Positions 59,916-64,000 of a stretch of DNA of 64,000 nt are shown in pieces; positions within the stretch are counted from its first letter, which is position 1; every line of letters begins with the position of its first letter. Source of the stretch: an uncultured Acidobacteriota bacterium (GTDB lineage: Bacteria; Actinomycetota; Acidimicrobiia; Spongiisociales; ZC4RG35); contig CAWILU010000006.1 of the NCBI GenBank assembly GCA_963837055.1, positions 100,591 to 164,590 on the forward strand, written 5' to 3'. The notes below the pieces were generated by a model. It was not told where the DNA came from and made no database searches. It was given only the letters and a program-made list of their open reading frames with translations. Position numbers and translations under genes: made by a program.

Positions 59916-60726
59916 CGGCAGGCGCCCGCCAGTACCGGCGGCGCCCACTTCGGTCCAGCCCCAGGTCGGCAGGGGTGACGGTGCCGGGATGGCGGGAGTC
60001 CGGTCCGGTCGCCGCATCGACGCAGGGGTCCCCGCAACGGATCAAGTCGACCCCCACCCAAACGAACTCCCAAGGCTCGGGGTTGGGGCCCTGGGCGGCG
60101 ACGTCGTCCGGGTACGAGGGGATGAAGCCGAATCGCTTGGCGTTGTAGAAGTTGTCCGCAGCCAGCCAGGCGTAGTCGGACGTGTCACGAAACTCACCGA
60201 ACGTCCCGTTGGCATAGCGGAAGTCGAGCGCGTATCCGCTGTGGTGTTTGGAGGTGCCCGGGATCGAATACCAGGTCAGGGCGGCGTCGATGGCCTCGTC
60301 GGTGCTCCCCCTGAGCTTGGAATTGAACTGCGTGCGCTGGGCGTCAGGTGAGCGGTATGCCGAGGAGACGATGAAACCGTGGCCGGCGGCACGCGCTGCC
60401 TCTTTCAGCTCCAGCCAGGCAGCCGCGGCCTGCGGTTGCATCGGCACCCCGTCGGCGCCGGCCAGATCGGGCCCCGCCGCGGGTCTGAGGACGTAGCCGC
60501 GAGCGGAGGCGATCTCCCAGATCCGCTCGTCCAGGTCCGGGTCGCCCGTGATCGGCTGACGGCCGGCCGGGGGCACCAGATTGGGGAGGACACGCCGCAC
60601 GGCGTGGTCGTAGAGAGCCTTGAACTCGTCGCCCGTGTATACGGGAAACTCCACTTCCGCGGTTTGCGCAGACGGTAGAAATGCGGTCCCGATGACCATG
60701 GCGACAATGGCGAGTGACGATCTCAT
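59905..60726 (-). CDS. Secreted M15B/VanY-like D-Ala-D-Ala carboxypeptidase homolog
   Basis: Signal peptide; SAYRS, SKHHSGYALD and EPWE (canonical ExxH altered). Confidence 0.82.
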   Translation of the reverse strand: MRSSLAIVAMVIGTAFLPSAQTAEVEFPVYTGDEFKALYDHAVRRVLPNLVPPAGRQPITGDPDLDERIWEIASARGYVLRPAAGPDLAGADGVPMQPQAAAAWLELKEAARAAGHGFIVSSAYRSPDAQRTQFNSKLRGSTDEAIDAALTWYSIPGTSKHHSGYALDFRYANGTFGEFRDTSDYAWLAADNFYNAKRFGFIPSYPDDVAAQGPNPEPWEFVWVGVDLIRCGDPCVDAATGPDSRHPGTVTPADLGLDRSGRRRYWRAPAAIG

Positions 60727-60773
60727 CCCGTTGACACGCTAAACCGATGCCGCGATTTGGCTGTCGATCGCCC

Positions 60774-62637
60774 CTACCAGGCGCCTCCACCCCCGCCGCC
60801 TCCTCCACCACCACCGCCTCCCCCGCCTCCGGAGAACCCGCCGCCACCACCGCTCGACGAAGGCGGGCTGAAAGCGCCGGTGAGAGCAGAGTTCAGACCG
60901 GCGAAGGCGTTCTCGGTATGGCCTCCCGAGTAGCCGTAATTCCCGAACCAATAGATCGACGAGGTCTGTTCCAACTCGGGCGGAGCGTGGATACGCGCCT
61001 GTTGCAACACCTCCTCCGCCACCCCGAACACGATGGCATAGATGAGGAACTTGTCCCAGAGCGCGAGTGAGATCGGTGGGGCTTCCTCGAGCCGGGAGAA
61101 ATCGGTCAGATAGCGCCTGAACGCGTCCCAGCGCTCCGCCTCCAGGGCCCCCTCTTTGGTACGTCGGACCCGCACCCGGCGGAAGAACAGGAGTATGTAG
61201 AGAGCAAGGGCGCCGATCACCATCCCGATCACGATGAAGATGGCCATGGTCTGGCCGCCGGGACGGCGTCTGAGCAGATCCGGCAGGAACACGATCGCAC
61301 CGAAGACGAGGAGCCCGACCGCGATGGCCACGAACCACGCCACGCCGTTGCCGGTCTCATCGAGCAGACCGCCTCGCTTGATCGCCGAGGACACCTTGCT
61401 CCTGAAGCTCTGGTAGCTAGATGCGTTCTCCGAAGCATCGTCACGGATTCGCTCCCGGAACTCATGGAGCGGCCTTGGCCCTTCGTCGAGGACGCGGCCG
61501 ACGACCGAAAGCACCGACTGTTCGTAGTCCCGGTAGCCGGTGTCCTTGTCGGTGAGCTCGAGCACCAGGTCGGTGATCGTCTCGTCGCGAAGCCCACCCC
61601 AAGTGCTCCGCTCGACCTGCGACGGGGTGGCCTTGATCGCGCCCTGCCGAATCAGGTCGAACATCGTGGCGGTGAACTCCTTCTCGCTCACCGCCCCTTG
61701 GGTGAGGAGGGCCCCGACTTCAGCCGGTTTCAGCTCGGTCGGAGGTTCCTGTTCGTACTCCCGGTCGTAGTCGACCCGCGGTTCCTTTCCGTACCGGAAA
61801 TAGACGAGGCTCCCGAGGCCGGCGGACAGCCCCAGTGCCAGGACCGAGCCCCAGATCAGGCCCGACCGGGCCGCGGTGGTGGCGTCGGAGGCCTCCCGGG
61901 CGAATTCGTCCTCCTCGGCGATGATGCCGGGCAGACCTTCTCCTGGAACGACTGTGGCGCCCTCGGTAGATGTGAGCACCGACCTCGGGAAAACGAGCGC
62001 GCAATTCGACCCATTGATAGGCGGGCACGTTGCTCGCCTCCAGAGTCGGGGTGATCTGGCCGGCGCCGAGTGAGGTCTCGCCATCGACTCCGTAGGGATG
62101 GCCGTAGACACGGACCTCTCCGGGCTGGGCCCCTTCGGGCAGGTTCATACTGGCGGCGAGCTCCTGGAGGCCAACCGCCCACTGGTCGCCCCACACCTGG
62201 AGGTTTACGTCGACGACATCGTCGTGGGCAATGGTGAGACCGGTCATCACGTAGCTGATCTCGAAGGTCCGCTGCTCGCTGAACGAGCTGTGATGCCACA
62301 CGATCCGGACCAGGTCGCTCTGCTCCTCCACTCCATAGGAGCCAGGAGGCGACGAGCAGCCGAGCTCGGTGCATGCCCCCGGTTCGTAGGTGACCGACTC
62401 GTCGCTGACGGTGACGCCTGAGATGGTCTCGCCCGGTCGGAGGGGGATGTCTCGATAAGCGCCGGCGAAATCCCCATCGAAGTCGAACGTCAATCTCTCT
62501 GTGACCGACAGCGATCCGTCGTCGTTCACGACGATGTCGACATCGGCGTTGCTCATCCAGAACGACTTGGCGAAGACCGCCGTCGCCGGGGCCGCGACCA
62601 GCAGGAAGACGATCAGAGCCCGGGCGAGCTTGCGCAA
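60774..62637 (-). CDS. DUF2207 family membrane protein (apparent frameshift at about 61988)
   Basis: DGSLSVTE..TFDF..G.Y N-terminus, WDKFLIYA.VFGVA and a Gly-rich tail ending GAW; follows lemA. Confidence 0.88.
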
Positions 62638-62638
62638 C

Positions 62639-63193
62639 TCAGAAATCGACGGTCGGGGCCTCTACCGCCTCGGGCCCGGCCTCGAAGAACTCCCGGATAT
62701 CGAACCCGGTCATCGACGCCACGATGTTGGTGGGGATCTGCTGCACTTTGTTGTTGTAGGTCAGCACGGTGTCGTTGTAGATCTGACGGGAGACAGCGAT
62801 CTTGTTCTCGGTCTCGGCCAGCTCGTTCTGCAGGTTCTGGAAGTTCTCCGTCGCCCTCAGCTCCGGATATGCCTCGGCCACCGCAAACAGCTGACGGAGG
62901 GCCTGGGTCAGGAAGCCTTCGGCCTGCGCCTGCTCGGCCGGACCGGCGGCCGACTGAGCCGCACTCCTCGCCTGGGTCACTCGCTCGAAAGTCTCCCGCT
63001 CGTGAGAGGCGTAGCCCTTGACGGTCTCGACGAGATTGGGGATGAGGTCGTAACGACGCTTGAGCTGCACGTCGACCTGGGCCCAGGAGTTGTCGACCCG
63101 GTTCCGTGATTGGACCAGCCCGTTGTAGATGCCGATGAAGGCGAATATCAGGATCGCCAGGACGACGATCACGATGATCCAGATGAGATCCAT
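62639..63193 (-). CDS. lemA: LemA family protein
   Basis: YNGLV, QLKRRYDLIPNLVETVKGYA.HE, EAYPELRA and SRQIYN. Confidence 0.95.
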   Translation of the reverse strand: MDLIWIIVIVVLAILIFAFIGIYNGLVQSRNRVDNSWAQVDVQLKRRYDLIPNLVETVKGYASHERETFERVTQARSAAQSAAGPAEQAQAEGFLTQALRQLFAVAEAYPELRATENFQNLQNELAETENKIAVSRQIYNDTVLTYNNKVQQIPTNIVASMTGFDIREFFEAGPEAVEAPTVDF

Positions 63194-63252
63194 GGCCGGG
63201 CAGTGTAGAGGCATCCGTTTTGGCGCGGCGATGTCGCGCCAGAATGGGGGGG

Positions 63253-63636
63253 ATGACCTCGCAAGGGAAGTTCGGCGCCGTCATCGGGTGCATGGATGGG
63301 AGGATCCAGACCCGGACGCTCGATCAGGTCATGACCAGATTCGGGGTGCGCTACGTGGACAACATCACGTCAACCGGAGCCGTCCAGCATCTGGACGGGG
63401 CAGTGAGCCCCACCGGCGAAGGTCTCCTCGGCAGCCTGGAGGTCTCGATCAGAGCCCACGGGACCAATCAGGTGGCTCTGACTGCTCACTCCGACTGCGC
63501 CGGCAACCCCGTCCCTGACGAGAAACAGAAGCAACAACTTCGCAGGGCCGTGGACGTGGTCTCCGGGAGGTTTCCCGACTTGGAAGTCATCGCCCTCTTC
63601 TTCGACCAGAGAATCGGGTTCGAGAAGATCAGCTAA
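63253..63636 (+). CDS. Minimal beta-class carbonic anhydrase-like protein
   Basis: CMDGR (CxDxR) and HSDC (HxxC) zinc motifs in 127 aa. Confidence 0.75.
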   Translation: MTSQGKFGAVIGCMDGRIQTRTLDQVMTRFGVRYVDNITSTGAVQHLDGAVSPTGEGLLGSLEVSIRAHGTNQVALTAHSDCAGNPVPDEKQKQQLRRAVDVVSGRFPDLEVIALFFDQRIGFEKIS

Positions 63637-63667
63637 GTTCGCCGGCGAACCCCTAGCCGAGGAAACG

Positions 63668-64000
63668 ATGAGCCCAGCCGCCCTCTCCGACGCCTTGACC
63701 GATCTGCTCGGCCTCGAACATGCGCCCATCGCGATCACTTTCCACGATGAACTGCCCGATGACGGTGTGCCCAGGTTCGACGAGCCGATGTCGCAGCCGA
63801 CCGAGGACGGGCGATCAGGCCGAGCCGCCGCGCCGTGCGTGTTCTGGATGCACGCCCATCAACGAACGTTCGACACCGTGGCCGAAGACCACGGCAACTG
63901 CTCGGTAGGGAGGTTCACTCACGGGCTCGCCGGCGCCGAAGACATCCTGGACAAGAGTGATGTGGCCGCACTCCTCGAAGTTGGTTGGGTGACGATGGAG
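63668..64000 (+). CDS. DUF169 family protein (partial, runs off the right edge)
   Basis: Manual translation MSPAALSDALTDLLGLEHAPIAITF...APCVFW...EDHGNCSVGRFTHG. Confidence 0.7.
   Translation, partial: MSPAALSDALTDLLGLEHAPIAITFHDELPDDGVPRFDEPMSQPTEDGRSGRAAAPCVFWMHAHQRTFDTVAEDHGNCSVGRFTHGLAGAEDILDKSDVAALLEVGWVTME

Noticed and set aside
60783-60850. GGC/GGA/GGT-rich low-complexity tract
   Set aside because: It encodes the normal Gly-rich C-terminal tail of DUF2207 proteins.

Overview
High-GC chromosomal segment from an actinobacterium, most likely class Acidimicrobiia (inference from WhiB, the proteasome activator Bpa, a Nur-like Fur protein, CCA-encoding tRNAs and purN-purH-folD-icd-mdh synteny). 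Most of it is housekeeping or metabolic: Na+-type membrane pyrophosphatase, tRNA-Glu and tRNA-Gln, sdhCAB, mdh, nadABC, icd, folD, purH, purN, dinB, a NikMQO-type ECF transporter, a tryptophan/anthranilate catabolic group, hutHI and lemA/DUF2207. The most striking accessory feature is three translationally coupled cassettes of Tad/Flp minor pilins (TadE-TadE-TadG twice, then TadE-TadG-TadE; 20.2-29.7 kb). Their TadG-like proteins carry a disulfide-paired C-terminal domain with no vWA motif, and the window contains no pilus assembly genes. Other items worth checking are a triple zinc-finger HNH nuclease beside tRNA-Glu, a zinc-ribbon-RNase HI fusion, an ATP-grasp/alpha-E/transglutaminase operon near Bpa, a possible non-canonical kynurenine pathway and a VanY-like peptidase with a His-to-Glu change. 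Nine apparent 1-nt frameshifts occur in eight genes, eight of them at short G/C runs, which points to long-read assembly errors rather than true pseudogenes. No CRISPR array, integrase, transposase or rRNA was seen. All family calls come from motif recognition by eye, not database searches.
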